Part shown: in pieces, positions 40,270-50,434 of the stretch | Layout of the letters: each line of letters starts with the position of its first letter | Position numbering within the stretch: the first letter of the stretch is position 1 | Assembly: GCA_963663035.1 (NCBI GenBank) | Contig: OY760074.1 | Coordinates: 2,752,001-2,816,000, forward strand | Reading direction: 5' to 3' | From: Acidobacteriota bacterium | GTDB lineage: Bacteria > Acidobacteriota > UBA6911 > RPQK01 > JADFOI01 | Length of the DNA stretch: 64,000 nt | Made by a program: the position numbers and the translations under genes | Notes under the pieces: generated by a model | What the model was told of the DNA's origin: nothing | Databases searched by the model: none | Seen by the model: the letters and a program-made list of their open reading frames with translations, nothing else

Positions 40270-40420
40270 GCGATGTTGGCTCATTCCTCCCTCGCCGACT
40301 CGTGCCACGTCTGGACTTCCTCCACATCGAGAGGCTTCCGGCGTGGCCTTAAAGGTCTTGTCGTCTACGACCACTTCAACCTGCGGCGGCCCCTCTGTTC
40401 ACGGGACATTATTCTCCAGC
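40270..40420 (+). mobile_element. Degenerate IS6 fragment
   Basis: CGTCTACGACCACTTCAACCTGCGGCGG...TGTTCACGGGACA matches 60874-60920. Confidence 0.55.
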
Positions 40421-40469
40421 AGAACCCCTACTTCTCCCGCGAACCCGGCCGATCAGATAGTCGCTCATG

Positions 40470-40795
40470 CGCTGGGCTTCATCAGCAGCGCGGTGAATCT
40501 CAGCACCGCAGCGGTGATCCGGAATCTGAGCGAGTCCGCGATGGTGGTGAGTTGCCGATTGATGAAAGAGGGCGCCGTGCTCGAAGAAACAGAGATCCCT
40601 CTGGCGGCCAACGGACAGGAGGCCCAGTACATCGAAGAGATGTTCACCTTCACCGGTGTCGATATGCCGGACTTCGTGGGGTCGGTGCGCTGCACGGTGC
40701 CGCCCGGGGGAGCGATGTTCACCGGATTGGCCGTGGAGCTGGATGCCGAAAACCGCATCCTCACCACGCTGCCGGTGGTGCCGGTCCAGAGATAA
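40470..40795 (+). pseudogene. C-terminal fragment of a secreted/surface protein
   Basis: AVIRNL...VSCRLM...LAANGQ...FVGSVRCT...GLAVELD...TTLPVVPV, with the 5' part missing. Confidence 0.5.
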
Positions 40796-41073
40796 CTTCC
40801 CGGGAGTAGACGAGGGGAGTGTGCCGCATCCGGTTCGTTTGTTCGTAGCGGAAATTGCGATAGAGTCCCTATTTTAGACAGAGGTCCTTGAAAACCCGTT
40901 GGGAGTGGGATTGTTGCGTAAACATCTCCTAGAGCGGCGCAATACACAGTTTGTCGGGCTTACCTGATCCAAATCGTGTAAGTCGTTGAACACAAAGAGT
41001 TTTATATTCAGGGCTAAAAAATCGCTGTTGTTGAAAAGAAAGGACTTACTCCGAAAGTCCGACAGGCTCCTAG

Positions 41074-41454
41074 CCTTTACGCAACCCCGGCCCGGCCGGG
41101 AAGCACAACTGAGGTAATCTGTAAGGCCATGAAGAACCAAGGACGTTATCACCACTTGCGCGTGGACTGGGTGGGCGAGTTGGCCACCGAGTCGATCACG
41201 CTGTGCGGCGTCGAGGGTGAAGACATTGGAACCGAACAGACACTCTGCCCCAACTGTGCCCAGGTCCGCGATGCCCTGAACGTTTGTGGGTTGGGCCCGG
41301 AGAGCCTAAGAGAGCTATTTGACACGCTCCTGGTGATCGACCCTTCCGAGGTGAAAGCGAAGATGGAAGCGCTTCGAAGTCTGGGGGTCCAGATGGATAT
41401 GCAGGATCGGTCGCAACTCAACTAACAGAGCATTGTTGTATGGATCGGGGCGGA
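41074..41454 (+). repeat. Direct repeat, copy 1 (partner 58904-59284): small gene plus IS903-like end
   Basis: About 380 bp of near identity. Confidence 0.9.
41129..41425 (+). CDS. Small putative zinc-binding protein
   Basis: H...TLCG...CPNC; ORF open in both copies. Confidence 0.6.
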   Translation: MKNQGRYHHLRVDWVGELATESITLCGVEGEDIGTEQTLCPNCAQVRDALNVCGLGPESLRELFDTLLVIDPSEVKAKMEALRSLGVQMDMQDRSQLN

Positions 41455-41534
41455 GAGATCACGCAACTGATGAGCCTGTTGCCAAACGCATCAGGGTTGG
41501 AGGTTACACGACTGTGAAGGGTTAGGAGGCAAGG

Positions 41535-41610
41535 ATGGCAAGAAAGCGATTCACGGCCGAGCAGATTATCCTCAAGCTGCGTGAGGCGGAGGTGAGCTTG
41601 GCCCAAGACA
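41535..41610 (+). pseudogene. IS3 orfA 5' fragment
   Basis: MARKRFTAEQIILKLREAEVSLAQ, compared with 46502-46780. Confidence 0.7.
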
Positions 41611-41661
41611 AGCCGACGTCCCTGCCGCGGCGGGAATGCTCATGAAACGCTACAGGAAGGT

Positions 41662-41886
41662 TTAAAGAAAGCCTTTCAGCATCTGTAGCCCAACCAGAAG
41701 AACTATCGGCGAGAAATCCATCCTGCCCATGGTCGGGAGGACGCGCCGGATCGGCTGCAACAGCGGTTCGGTAAGCCTGTTCACAATCTGGACAACCGGA
41801 TTGTCATAGGGGAGTTGGAACCATGAGAGTATGACCGCGACGAAAACGATCAATGAGTAGAGATCGATGATCTTGATCAGAATCAT
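41662..41886 (-). CDS. yggT: YggT-family membrane protein
   Basis: ILSWF..PYDNPVVQIVNRLTEPLLQPIRRVLP..G.MDFSPIV. Confidence 0.9.
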   Translation of the reverse strand: MILIKIIDLYSLIVFVAVILSWFQLPYDNPVVQIVNRLTEPLLQPIRRVLPTMGRMDFSPIVLLVGLQMLKGFL

Positions 41887-42133
41887 GAGTTTTGTTCATT
41901 CATTCAGAATTTTCGATTTGGACTTCTGACTGCAACAGGATAGCTCCTCTCCTCTCCGGAACACAATGAATTCACCTCCGCGGTCGGAGTCGGCAAGCAC
42001 GATGAGGGAACCGAAATCGGGACGGGGCACTTGGAATCGGACCGCCAGCGTCCGGCGAGTGGAAAGCCTGGTCGGAGGCTATGGCAGGATGAGTTTTTGC
42101 TAAAGTAACCCGTGTTGGGCCACCAGCTTCATT

Positions 42134-42472
42134 TCAGCAGGCAGCCTCGCAAAGATGAACACGCGCATCAGCGTGGGGGACCCCCTCGCCGCTGCTTCCA
42201 ATCCTTTCCTGCGAGTTCACTTGGGTTACTTCGGTCTTGTCTTGAATCGTCTCGATGAACGCTGCGGCCAATGTCACCAACTCGACTGTTCCCACATTCG
42301 TCCAGGACAGGCAAGTAGAACAGTACCAGCCGGCATCCTGTTTTTCGTTCCCGTTCCAGAAGTAAAGCGACGTGGCCGGAAACGCGTTTTTTCGACAGCT
42401 TTTCCCTTGGCACTCATAGACCGGGGAAAGGAACGTATGGACTTCCCCTCCATTTTTAGTATTATCCATCAT
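42134..42472 (-). CDS. Hypothetical Cys-rich protein
   Basis: CQGKSC...WYCSTC motifs. Confidence 0.4.
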   Translation of the reverse strand: MMDNTKNGGEVHTFLSPVYECQGKSCRKNAFPATSLYFWNGNEKQDAGWYCSTCLSWTNVGTVELVTLAAAFIETIQDKTEVTQVNSQERIGSSGEGVPHADARVHLCEAAC

Positions 42473-42624
42473 GAAACTGCTGAATACAAACAAGTTGACA
42501 GAATTTTTGAATATTGCAACACATCCAAAATAATCCAAAAAAAGCACGGCCCAGGCCGAGCGCAGCGGTGGGGGCCACCGTACCGAAGAGGACGTCATTG
42601 CCGGGTGAGCGGGCCGGGAGCGGC

Positions 42625-43247
42625 ATGACCCCCTCGTTGAACGATACCGGCCGAGCGGATCCAACTGATCCCGGCTCTGAGCAGCGTCTCCTGAATCGGG
42701 TGCGGCGGGGTAGCTCCTCGGCTGCGGACGCGCTGTTCGAGCGGTATACGCCCTGGCTGCGGAGACGAGCCCGAGGCCGCCTGCCGCAGTGGGCACGCAG
42801 CGGGGTTGCGACCAGCGATCTGGTGCAGGATGTGCTGCATAACACCTTCGACGGCTCAAGTGGTTCGAGTCGAAGCACGTCAGCGCCTTGCGCGCCTATC
42901 TCCGGCGCGCCGTGGAGAACCGCGTCCAGGACGAGATGCGCCTGGCCATCCGCCGTCTGGACATCACCCGCCTCGCCCCGGGGGAGGAACCCCTACGGCC
43001 CTTCGAGGATGCGGCGCCGCAGTATCGGCAACTCCTGCATGAGGAGATGTGGGGGCGTTACCAGGAGGGGTTGAAGCGCCTGAAGGTCCGCGATCGCCGG
43101 CTGATCGTAGGCCGTGCGGAACTGGGGTACAACTACGAGCAGCTCGCGGCCATCGAACGCCTACCGAGTCCGGACGCAGCGCGCAAGGCGCTCAAGCGGG
43201 CCGTCGTTCGGCTGAGCGAGGTCATGCCGCTGGCCTCCAGAAGGTAG
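42625..43247 (+). pseudogene. ECF sigma-70 factor, frameshifted near 42850
   Basis: LFERY...DLVQD in one frame; LRAYLRRAVENR...ELGYNYEQLA...AARKALKRAV in another. Confidence 0.8.
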
Positions 43248-43423
43248 CGTCCAGCTCGCCGGCGCGCCCGGGAGCGCGTCCTCGCCGACGGCCCACCGTG
43301 CGAAAACCGTCCGGTTCCGGCCATTCAGACGTCATATAGAGAGTAGAGGAGATATGTAACCGCTGGCCGAGCTCCGTGCGCGAGGGCGGGCGCTGAGTTG
43401 CTGCGCGGAAGGATTCCGGACGA

Positions 43424-44902
43424 GTGATGAGCATCGACGACCGTGACGATCTGGTAGGCGACGTGGCGGACGCGCTCACGCTGGACCAGAAGGTGCAGTG
43501 GGAGCGCTGCGCACGGCTGGCCGCGGGCGCCGATCGCGAGAAGATCGAGAACCTGCGCGTCATCGAGCGTGTTCTGGCGAGCCGCCCGTCCGCAGGACCG
43601 GCGCCGGAGGCCGCCGAGACGACCCGTCCCTACGGCACCGCTGTCGTGCGGCGCGCCGTCCACGCACTCATCGCCATCGCGACCATCGAGGTGGCGGCAA
43701 CACTGCTGTTGCTGCCGTGGGCCTGGGGCGACTACCTTCGCGAGCACGGCGAGGTGGCCGTCTACATGACGACCAAGTTCGCCGGGCATGCCGCAGGCGC
43801 CGGCCTGTTGCTGTGGGCCGGTCGCGGGGACTGGCGGTCCTGGCTGCTGGGGATCTATTGCCTCCTCAAGGCCACCCAAGCGCCGCTGCTCATGATCCAG
43901 GCCTTTTTTCTGGAGCTGCCGCCGCCGCCGGAGTACGCGGCCTTTATCCAGCACCTGCCCGCCGCCAACCGGCTCTTCGTTGCCCTCTACGTTCCCGCGT
44001 TCCTGTTCGCGCCGGCCTTCCTGTGGGCGTTCGCCCGCGAGTGCCCGCTGGTCCATCGCCGGACCTGGCTCGATGATCTGGCGCGTCGCATGATCCCGGC
44101 CAGCGTGCTGATCGGTGGCGGCCTCTGGCTCGCCTGCGCCGTGACGCTGGAGTTGGCGCGGGTGGGCTATGCGGGGGCGCCGGTCGCACTGGTGCTCGAT
44201 GGCACGATCGCCACGCTGGACCTGCTGGCGCTGGGGGCGGCCGCCCTCGTCGCGCTACGCGCGCACACGGCGCCGGCCGACGAGGTGAGGCGCGTCGTGG
44301 TGTTCAGCGCGGGGTTCCTCCTCTTCATGGGAGTCGGGGCCGCCTACGACCTGGCCGAGGCGTTTGCGCCCGGGGACTGGGTCTCCAATTACCGCTGGTC
44401 GCCGACGGTCCTGCTGATCGAGGTGCTGCGCTTTCCCGGGTTGATCCTGCTCTGGTACGCGGTGCTGGCGGCGCGCATTCCCCACCTGCGGGAGGCGGTG
44501 CGGGCGCTCTACCGCCGGTTGCTGATGCGCCCGGGCCTGCTCGGGGCGGTGGCCTCCGTGCCAGCCGGGGCGCTGGCGTGGCTCATCGGGCGCAGCCCGG
44601 AGCGTGCGGTGAGCGCCGTCATCTCGGATCCGCTGGCGCAGTCGCTGTTCGCGGCCGTCGGGATCCTGCTGCTGGCGATCGCCGCCCGTGAACGCATCCT
44701 GATCCACCTGGACACCTGGATCCTCCCCGAGACTGCAGACCAGCGGCAGGCCCTGGCCGATGCGGCGGGCCGCGCTTGTCGCGCGCAGCTCGAAGGTATA
44801 GGCCGTGCCGGTGGAGGGCGGGGGCTTCTCGGGAATAGACGCCACGAGGGCACAGATAGTCCAGGACTAGCGAGCAGCGGCATCCCGTGGGAGCAACCAT
44901 GA
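43424..44902 (+). CDS. Polytopic membrane protein (likely anti-sigma/sensor N-terminus), probably 3'-truncated
   Basis: Many TM segments; follows the ECF gene; sequence character changes after about 44770. Confidence 0.6.
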   Translation: MMSIDDRDDLVGDVADALTLDQKVQWERCARLAAGADREKIENLRVIERVLASRPSAGPAPEAAETTRPYGTAVVRRAVHALIAIATIEVAATLLLLPWAWGDYLREHGEVAVYMTTKFAGHAAGAGLLLWAGRGDWRSWLLGIYCLLKATQAPLLMIQAFFLELPPPPEYAAFIQHLPAANRLFVALYVPAFLFAPAFLWAFARECPLVHRRTWLDDLARRMIPASVLIGGGLWLACAVTLELARVGYAGAPVALVLDGTIATLDLLALGAAALVALRAHTAPADEVRRVVVFSAGFLLFMGVGAAYDLAEAFAPGDWVSNYRWSPTVLLIEVLRFPGLILLWYAVLAARIPHLREAVRALYRRLLMRPGLLGAVASVPAGALAWLIGRSPERAVSAVISDPLAQSLFAAVGILLLAIAARERILIHLDTWILPETADQRQALADAAGRACRAQLEGIGRAGGGRGLLGNRRHEGTDSPGLASSGIPWEQP

Positions 44903-45051
44903 ATAACTCAACCCTCACCATCCGAACTGTTGGGTTTAGGCGCTTGTGCCAAGGTTGTTTCCGGGTTCTGTTTTCCGGGTTTTACTCTCAAAAAGGGGCT
45001 AATCTCTCACCGCCGGTGGTTGGTTTGGGTCCGTTTTGGGTTCTGGTTGAT

Positions 45052-45190
45052 TTATTCACAGGGTTAGTAGTCCCTACTACTTGTTCTTTAACTACTTGTA
45101 TAGTGACACACTTTCAGCGGGAACTTGGGCGTTTTAGTGACACACTTTCAGCGGGGAAAACTGGCCCAGATCAAAGCTATCTGTGGATAA
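45052..45190 (-). other. Iteron replication origin A
   Basis: TAGTGACACACTTTCAGCGGG x2 (45101, 45135); DnaA-box-like TGTGGATAA (45182) and TTATTCACA (45052); CTACTTG repeats. Confidence 0.7.
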
Positions 45191-45320
45191 ACCTCACAGC
45201 GGTGATCGCCTAGGAGGCTCCAGGAGGGCGTTTCAGTAGCTCCGGCACCTAAAGAAGGATGCGCGGTCGCTTGAAGGGCCGTCAGGAGTGGGCTTTGGGC
45301 CGGGGAATAGGTTTTGAGGG

Positions 45321-45579
45321 CTATTCCACGAGCGAAAGCCGCTGTGGTGGGGAAATGGCAGAGGCCGAGGGGTAAAGGATCAACACGCCCGGCTCCGTCG
45401 CGTAGTTCAGAGACGGCCAAGCCAACTTGATCTTCTTCAACTCGCGCAGCGCTTTTTCACGGAAGCTGCGGACAGCAAATTTATTGTTAGCCTTGGCGGG
45501 GTCCACTCCAAACTGGCGGTACACCTGCCGCCAGGAGAGCCGCAGCGGGCGCTTGAGCGTAAAGGTGCGGTAGGAGAGC
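45321..45579 (-). pseudogene. RepA C-terminal remnant cut by IS3
   Basis: LSYRTFTLKRPLRLSWRQVYRQFGV...LRELKKIKLAWP is paralogous to 46860-47771. Confidence 0.85.
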
Positions 45580-45608
45580 TGACCTGCCCCCACGAACGAG
45601 TCCACCCT

Positions 45609-46505
45609 CTATGCTAGACCCGGGACCATTTGAAGTCCACTCCAAGGGATTGGATCCAGTGCCTGCGACCTAGGTAGTTTGGCCTCTGGCGCCGGCGGCC
45701 GATAGGCCAAGGCGCTGTGAGGCCGGATCTGATTGTAATCCCTCCGCCAGCGTTCTACCAACACCTTGGCTTCCCCCAGCGTGTCGAAGATCTCCATGTT
45801 CAGCAGCTCATCCCGTAGTTTCCCGTTGAAACTCTCAATGTACCCATTCTCCCAGGGGCTGCCCGGCTCGATGTACAAGGTCCTTACCCCAACAGCCTGC
45901 AGCCAGTCCCGGACCGCCTGTGCCGTAAACTCCGATCCGTTATCGGACCGGATAAACTCAGGCACTCCCCGATCAACGAATAACTCCGCCAGCCGGTCCA
46001 ACACGTCTTGGTGATTCATCTGCCGTTTCACATCAATGGCGAGGCACTCTCTGGTGTACTCATCCAGGATCGTCAATAGCCGAAAGGCTCGCCCATCATG
46101 GGTCCGTTCATGCACGAAATCATAGCTCCAGACGTGGTTCTTGCGAGCCGCTCGTAACCGAACACAGGAACCGTCATTAAGCCACAGCCTCCTTCGTTTC
46201 GGCTGTCTGGACGGGACTTTCAGCCCTTCTTGTCTCCACAGCCTCTCCACCCGCTTAGGATTCACCTTCCACCCTTCCCCATGAAGTATCGCCGTGACCC
46301 GCCGGTAGCCATAACGCCCGTATTGCGTAGCCAACTCCACCATCCGGGCCACCAATCGGGCCTCATCATCGGGAATTTGCCTTTCCCTTCGCTGGGTCGA
46401 TCGAACCTGTCCCAGCACTTGGCAGGCCCGACGTTCGGAGACTCGCTCTGCTCCTAATCGCTCTCGTACCCACATCACCGCTCGTCTCCTGTTCGCCGGG
46501 CCTAG
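45609..46505 (-). CDS. IS3 OrfB DDE transposase
   Basis: [33 protein letters not shown]; the orfA/orfB overlap has a GGGAAAC slippery motif. Confidence 0.93.
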   Translation of the reverse strand, partial: LGPANRRRAVMWVRERLGAERVSERRACQVLGQVRSTQRRERQIPDDEARLVARMVELATQYGRYGYRRVTAILHGEGWKVNPKRVERLWRQEGLKVPSRQPKRRRLWLNDGSCVRLRAARKNHVWSYDFVHERTHDGRAFRLLTILDEYTRECLAIDVKRQMNHQDVLDRLAELFVDRGVPEFIRSDNGSEFTAQAVRDWLQAVGVRTLYIEPGSPWENGYIESFNGKLRDELLNMEIFDTLGEAKVLVERWRRDYNQIRPHSALAYRPPAPEAKLPRSQALDPIPWSGLQMVPGLA

Positions 46506-46780
46506 AAGTTTCCCGAGGACACTTCCTTCAGGATCTGCTTGTCCAAAGACAGATCCGCCACCAGCTTCTTCAACCGGGTATTCTCCTTCTCCAACACCTT
46601 CAACCTCTTGGCCTGGTCCAACCGGAGCCCTCCGTACTCTTTGCGCCACCGGTAGTAGGTCTGCTCGCTCACCCCCATCTGCTTCGACACCTGTCCCACC
46701 CTCTGTCCTTGGGCCAGACCCACCTCTGCCTCACGCAGCTTCATGATGATCTGTTCTGCCCTAAACCGCTTCCCTGCCAT
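46502..46780 (-). CDS. IS3 OrfA
   Basis: [16 protein letters not shown]...[15 protein letters not shown]. Confidence 0.93.
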   Translation of the reverse strand: MAGKRFRAEQIIMKLREAEVGLAQGQRVGQVSKQMGVSEQTYYRWRKEYGGLRLDQAKRLKVLEKENTRLKKLVADLSLDKQILKEVSSGNF

Positions 46781-46859
46781 CCTTGCCTCCTTCCTAAACC
46801 GGAAATCCTAACATTCAAACTGGACTCGTTTTAGGGGGCAAGGTCACCGGGAGGGGTTC

Positions 46860-47771
46860 GTGAAGGCGTTCCGAGAATACTCGCCTCAGGCTCGCCACCA
46901 CTTCACCCGCTTCGATCAGGTGGAGCAGCTGGTTAGAGCCAGTGAAGCAGACCCCGACACGGGGTTCATGGCGCGGCTGATGATGCTGTGTTCCCTGCCC
47001 CGCACCAACCCAGGTACCCAGCTTCAGTACAAGCGTGTCAATGGCCCCTACACCCTGATCATGACGGCCGTGGGCCAGACCGGGCTGCCCTTCGGCAATC
47101 TCTCCCGCCTGTTGCTAGCCTGGGTATGCACCGAAGCGGTGCGCACCCAATCCCGCGAGCTGATCCTGGGACCCTCGCTCTCCGGGTTCATGCGCCGGCT
47201 GGGCATGGCTCCGATCGGGGGTGGCAGCCGGGGCGAACGCACACGGCTAAGCAACCAGATAAAGCGGCTCTTCAATGCGCATATCCAGCTGGCCTATGAA
47301 GATGAGCGGGTCTCGGCCAGTGTTAATTCGCCGGTCGCCAGCCGGACCGGGTTCTGGTGGAACGAGCGCAAGACCGGCGAGCGGCTGGGGTGGGAGAGTA
47401 AGATCGAACTCGGCGGGAAGTTTTTCCACGAGATCATCTGCCACCCGGTGCCGCTCGACCTGAACACCCTGAAGGCTCTCAAACGTTCTTCGCTGGGCAT
47501 CGATTTCTATCTGTGGTTGACGTATCGGAACTTCACATTGAAGCGCCCGCTACGTCTCTCCTGGGGGCGCCTCTACCTCCAGTTCGGGGTTAATCCAGCC
47601 CAGGCGGGTGGCGGGGGCACTATTAACAACTTCCGCACGGACTGTTTGCGCGAGTTGAAGAAGATCAAGATGGCATGGCCGTCTCTAGACTACTCGACGG
47701 CCAAGGGCGTTTTGATCCTCTGGCCCTCGAAGCCAGCTATCGTTTCCACGCATCTTCAGCTCGAGGAATAG
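46860..47771 (+). CDS. repA: Plasmid replication initiator (IncW/RepA_C-like)
   Basis: CSLP, GLPFG..RLLLAWVCTEAVRT, SLSGFMRRLG, PVPLD, LK.S.LGIDFYLWLTYR. The 5' end abuts IS3 and may be truncated. Confidence 0.85.
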   Translation: MKAFREYSPQARHHFTRFDQVEQLVRASEADPDTGFMARLMMLCSLPRTNPGTQLQYKRVNGPYTLIMTAVGQTGLPFGNLSRLLLAWVCTEAVRTQSRELILGPSLSGFMRRLGMAPIGGGSRGERTRLSNQIKRLFNAHIQLAYEDERVSASVNSPVASRTGFWWNERKTGERLGWESKIELGGKFFHEIICHPVPLDLNTLKALKRSSLGIDFYLWLTYRNFTLKRPLRLSWGRLYLQFGVNPAQAGGGGTINNFRTDCLRELKKIKMAWPSLDYSTAKGVLILWPSKPAIVSTHLQLEE

Positions 47772-47881
47772 TGCTCAGGCCCCCTGTGGCAACCCCGAAT
47801 CGCCCACTGGCGTTGGGGGGCTTAGAAGGAGGAGAACATCGAAGGCCTAAAAATCGCGTCTGGAGCACCTGAAGACGCGTT

Positions 47882-48065
47882 TCATCCACAGCATCTTTTG
47901 ATTTGGGAGAGTTTTCCAGGATGAAACACCAATACTCTAAACGCCGGTATTTGGATGAAACACCAACACTCGGAGCCGATTCCTTGGATGAAACACCAAT
48001 ACACTCATGTAGTTAATCTCAAGTAGAAGAGCTACAAGTAGTAAGAGCGGCTAACTTGTGGATAA
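47882..48065 (+). other. Iteron replication origin B
   Basis: GGATGAAACACCAA(T/C)AC x3 (47919, 47953, 47986); TCATCCACA and TGTGGATAA boxes; CAAGTAG repeats. Confidence 0.75.
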
Positions 48066-48114
48066 CGAAACCAACAGAACTCAAATAGCGTGGCTGCCGG
48101 CGTGCAGCTACGTG

Positions 48115-48369
48115 CTATGTATCTGTTGAATGGAGTTCGCCAGCGAACTGCTCAATTGAAGTGACGCTTTTCTCTCCTGAACGCTCCTTGAGAAACTTCA
48201 TGAAATTTTCACTATTGCCTAGTTGGGTCACTTCGAGCTCGAAGTCGTCGGCCTCTTCCAACACAAAGCTAGTGCCATCCTGCGAGACGAGCAAGACAAC
48301 CTCACGGCGAGCGATGGCGAGGAGTTCGTCCACCGAATGGGCGTTCTTATCTAAGTTTATGGTTTTCAT
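48115..48369 (-). CDS. Probable antitoxin
   Basis: 84 aa, coupled (ATGA) to the RelE-like fragment. Confidence 0.65.
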   Translation of the reverse strand: MKTINLDKNAHSVDELLAIARREVVLLVSQDGTSFVLEEADDFELEVTQLGNSENFMKFLKERSGEKSVTSIEQFAGELHSTDT

Positions 48370-48510
48370 AGATCAACCTTCTTTCCTCGGATGAATAGTA
48401 TATTGTGTTCTTTGTGGCCCACGGCAACCACCTTCACTTCATTATCTTCTTCGACCGAGTAGAAAACACGAAATCTATCAACCCGGAGTTCCCACGGTGA
48501 GACCGTATGC
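48366..48510 (-). pseudogene. RelE/ParE-family toxin, C-terminal fragment
   Basis: WELRVDRFRVFYSVEEDNEVKVVAVGHK. Confidence 0.7.
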
Positions 48511-48596
48511 GGTCACGGGTATTTCTTGATTTGTAGAAGAAGTGGCCGCTGCAGGTGAACTAACAACCGTTAGACCGACAAGCTTTTCCGTTGACT

Positions 48597-48631
48597 TCAT
48601 ATGCATCATTGATGCATATTGATGCATATGA
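48597..48631. promoter_or_regulatory. Overlapping ATGCAT palindromes (probable vapBC operator)
   Basis: TCATATGCATCATTGATGCATATTGATGCATATGA at the vapB start. Confidence 0.55.
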
Positions 48632-48825
48632 GAACGACGTTAAATATCGATGATACCTTGATTGAGAAGGCGGCTAAGCTGACCGGCACAACTGAAAAGA
48701 CGACGCTGATCCGGCGAGGGTTGGAGGCGCTGATTGCGCTGGAGAGCGCACGGCGCCTGGCAGCATTGGGTAGCACTGAGAAAAATCTCCGGCCGATTTC
48801 CCGGCGACGGCCGCCTTCGGCATGA
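48628..48825 (+). CDS. vapB: VapB antitoxin
   Basis: MRTTLNIDDTLIEKA..LTG..EKT.LIRRGLEALI. Confidence 0.88.
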   Translation: MRTTLNIDDTLIEKAAKLTGTTEKTTLIRRGLEALIALESARRLAALGSTEKNLRPISRRRPPSA

Positions 48826-49184
48826 TCACGCTGGTCGATACCTCAGTATGGATCGACCACCTGAGGAAGGGCAACAACCAACTTGCCACACTGCTCGATA
48901 AAGGCGGTGTCTGTTGCCATCGCTTCGTGATCGGCGAATTAGCCTGCGGTACGCTTCGCAATCGTGATGAGCTGCTGGGTCTATTACGGGCTTTACCAGA
49001 GGTACAGCTTGCTGAACATGAGGAAGTCTTGAGCTTCATCGGCGAACGAAAACTCGCGGGTCGCGGTCTGGGATGGATCGACATGCATTTGCTTGCTTCC
49101 GCACTACTCGAAAACTGCAAAATGTGGACTTTCGATAAAGCACTAGGAGCAGCAGCAACTGAACTGGAGCTCGATCCCAATTGA
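48822..49184 (+). CDS. vapC: VapC PIN toxin
   Basis: LVDTSVWIDHLR, VIGELACG, GLGWIDMHLLASA, WTFDK. Confidence 0.92.
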   Translation: MITLVDTSVWIDHLRKGNNQLATLLDKGGVCCHRFVIGELACGTLRNRDELLGLLRALPEVQLAEHEEVLSFIGERKLAGRGLGWIDMHLLASALLENCKMWTFDKALGAAATELELDPN

Positions 49185-49339
49185 ATGCCCGCTAACACCT
49201 GGAGGCACACGCCGGTGGCTACTAGTTTTGGATTTTGACAAGCGTAATAGCCGCAGATGGGCCATCCGTGAGCCTGCGGAAAGCGGCCAGGGATATCCAA
49301 CGTGAAGTGCGTTTGGAACTGGTCTTAGCGCAGCATCGT

Positions 49340-49427
49340 TGAGCGGATTTTGATCTGACGTATCGATGTTTTTAGTCAGTGACCTGAGTCGGATGTTCCG
49401 CTGGCACAATACTTGGAGAACCTCCAC
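49340..49427 (-). pseudogene. Serine recombinase fragment
   Basis: LQVLCQRNIRLRSLTKNIDTS resembles the resolvase/invertase core. Confidence 0.5.
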
Positions 49428-49610
49428 GAGGGGAGTTGTAGATCTACAACTCCGGGAGGTCTCACACCGAATGCGCCTACAATAAATCCAACCACCGACT
49501 TCGGGAACCTAACTATGAATGGCAGAATCCGTCTTAATTCGGCTGCCCCGCTGTCCAACGAATGGCGCCGGCTTCTGTTAGGCTCAGTTGATGTAATGAG
49601 GGCTGGACTG

Positions 49611-50414
49611 ATGAAAGTGATCAGCGTTGCATCCATCAAAGGCGGCGTCGGGAAGACAACTACTATTGCCATGCTCGGCCATTTTGCGTCCGAACATGGT
49701 CTGCGAACGCTTTTGATTGACGCTGACGTTCAGGCTAGTCTCACCGCTTCGTTTTTCGAAGATATTGACGACCTTGAGGGCCGACACACAACGTACAACC
49801 TTATGGTTGATAATGGCCTGATCGAGCCTATAGTGGTGAAGGCTAACCTCAGTATCCTACCAGCTGATGCGTATCTGTATCGACTATCAGAATCTAAAGA
49901 TCTAAAGGTGATGATGTGTTTGAAAGAGCGCATCGGAGAGTTGTTCCCCAAACGGTTCGACCTTGTGTTGATCGACACGCCTGGATCTACCAGTACCGTC
50001 CTCGTGTCGGCGCTGGGTGCTTCACATCACGTGTATTCACCGATTGAATTGCAGAAGTACTCCGTCCGCGCGTTCAGTGAAGTTATGGGCCTCATCAAAT
50101 CGGTGCGCAGTTCCATCAATGCCGGTTTAAAGTTCGAAGGCTTTCTGCCAAACCGTGTTCGCGGCATACGCGCGAAAGATGGTTCAGGATGTGTAGAGCC
50201 GGTCGGCATAAAGCAACGTGCGATCTTTGAAGAATTGCAGACCATTGGCCCGAATATGATCCTGGGCATGTTTGGGTTGCGTGATGCTATTGGTGATGTT
50301 GAGTATGGAAAATCGATCAATGAAGCACACGGTCGTGGATCTGTTGTTGCTCAATCGGAGATCAATGCGTTCGCAACTGAGCTTCTACAGCGCGCAGGAT
50401 TTACATTGAATTAA
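49611..50414 (+). CDS. parA: ParA-family ATPase
   Basis: KGGVGKTT, IDADVQASLT, IDTPG. Confidence 0.9.
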   Translation: MKVISVASIKGGVGKTTTIAMLGHFASEHGLRTLLIDADVQASLTASFFEDIDDLEGRHTTYNLMVDNGLIEPIVVKANLSILPADAYLYRLSESKDLKVMMCLKERIGELFPKRFDLVLIDTPGSTSTVLVSALGASHHVYSPIELQKYSVRAFSEVMGLIKSVRSSINAGLKFEGFLPNRVRGIRAKDGSGCVEPVGIKQRAIFEELQTIGPNMILGMFGLRDAIGDVEYGKSINEAHGRGSVVAQSEINAFATELLQRAGFTLN

Positions 50415-50434
50415 CCCATTGAGGAGGCACAAGC

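Larger units (their letters stand above)
45580..46846 (-). mobile_element. IS3-family element
   Basis: Inverted repeats TGACCTGCCCCCACGAACGAGTCCA and TGGACTCGTTTTAGGGGGCAAGGTCA; no target duplication seen. Confidence 0.93.

Noticed and set aside
40878-41073. AT-rich segment with IS-end-like termini
   Set aside because: The two ends are not inverted repeats of each other, so no element can be defined.
47919-48005. Short spaced repeats as a mini-CRISPR
   Set aside because: The 33-34 bp period, flanking DnaA boxes and adjacent repA fit iterons.
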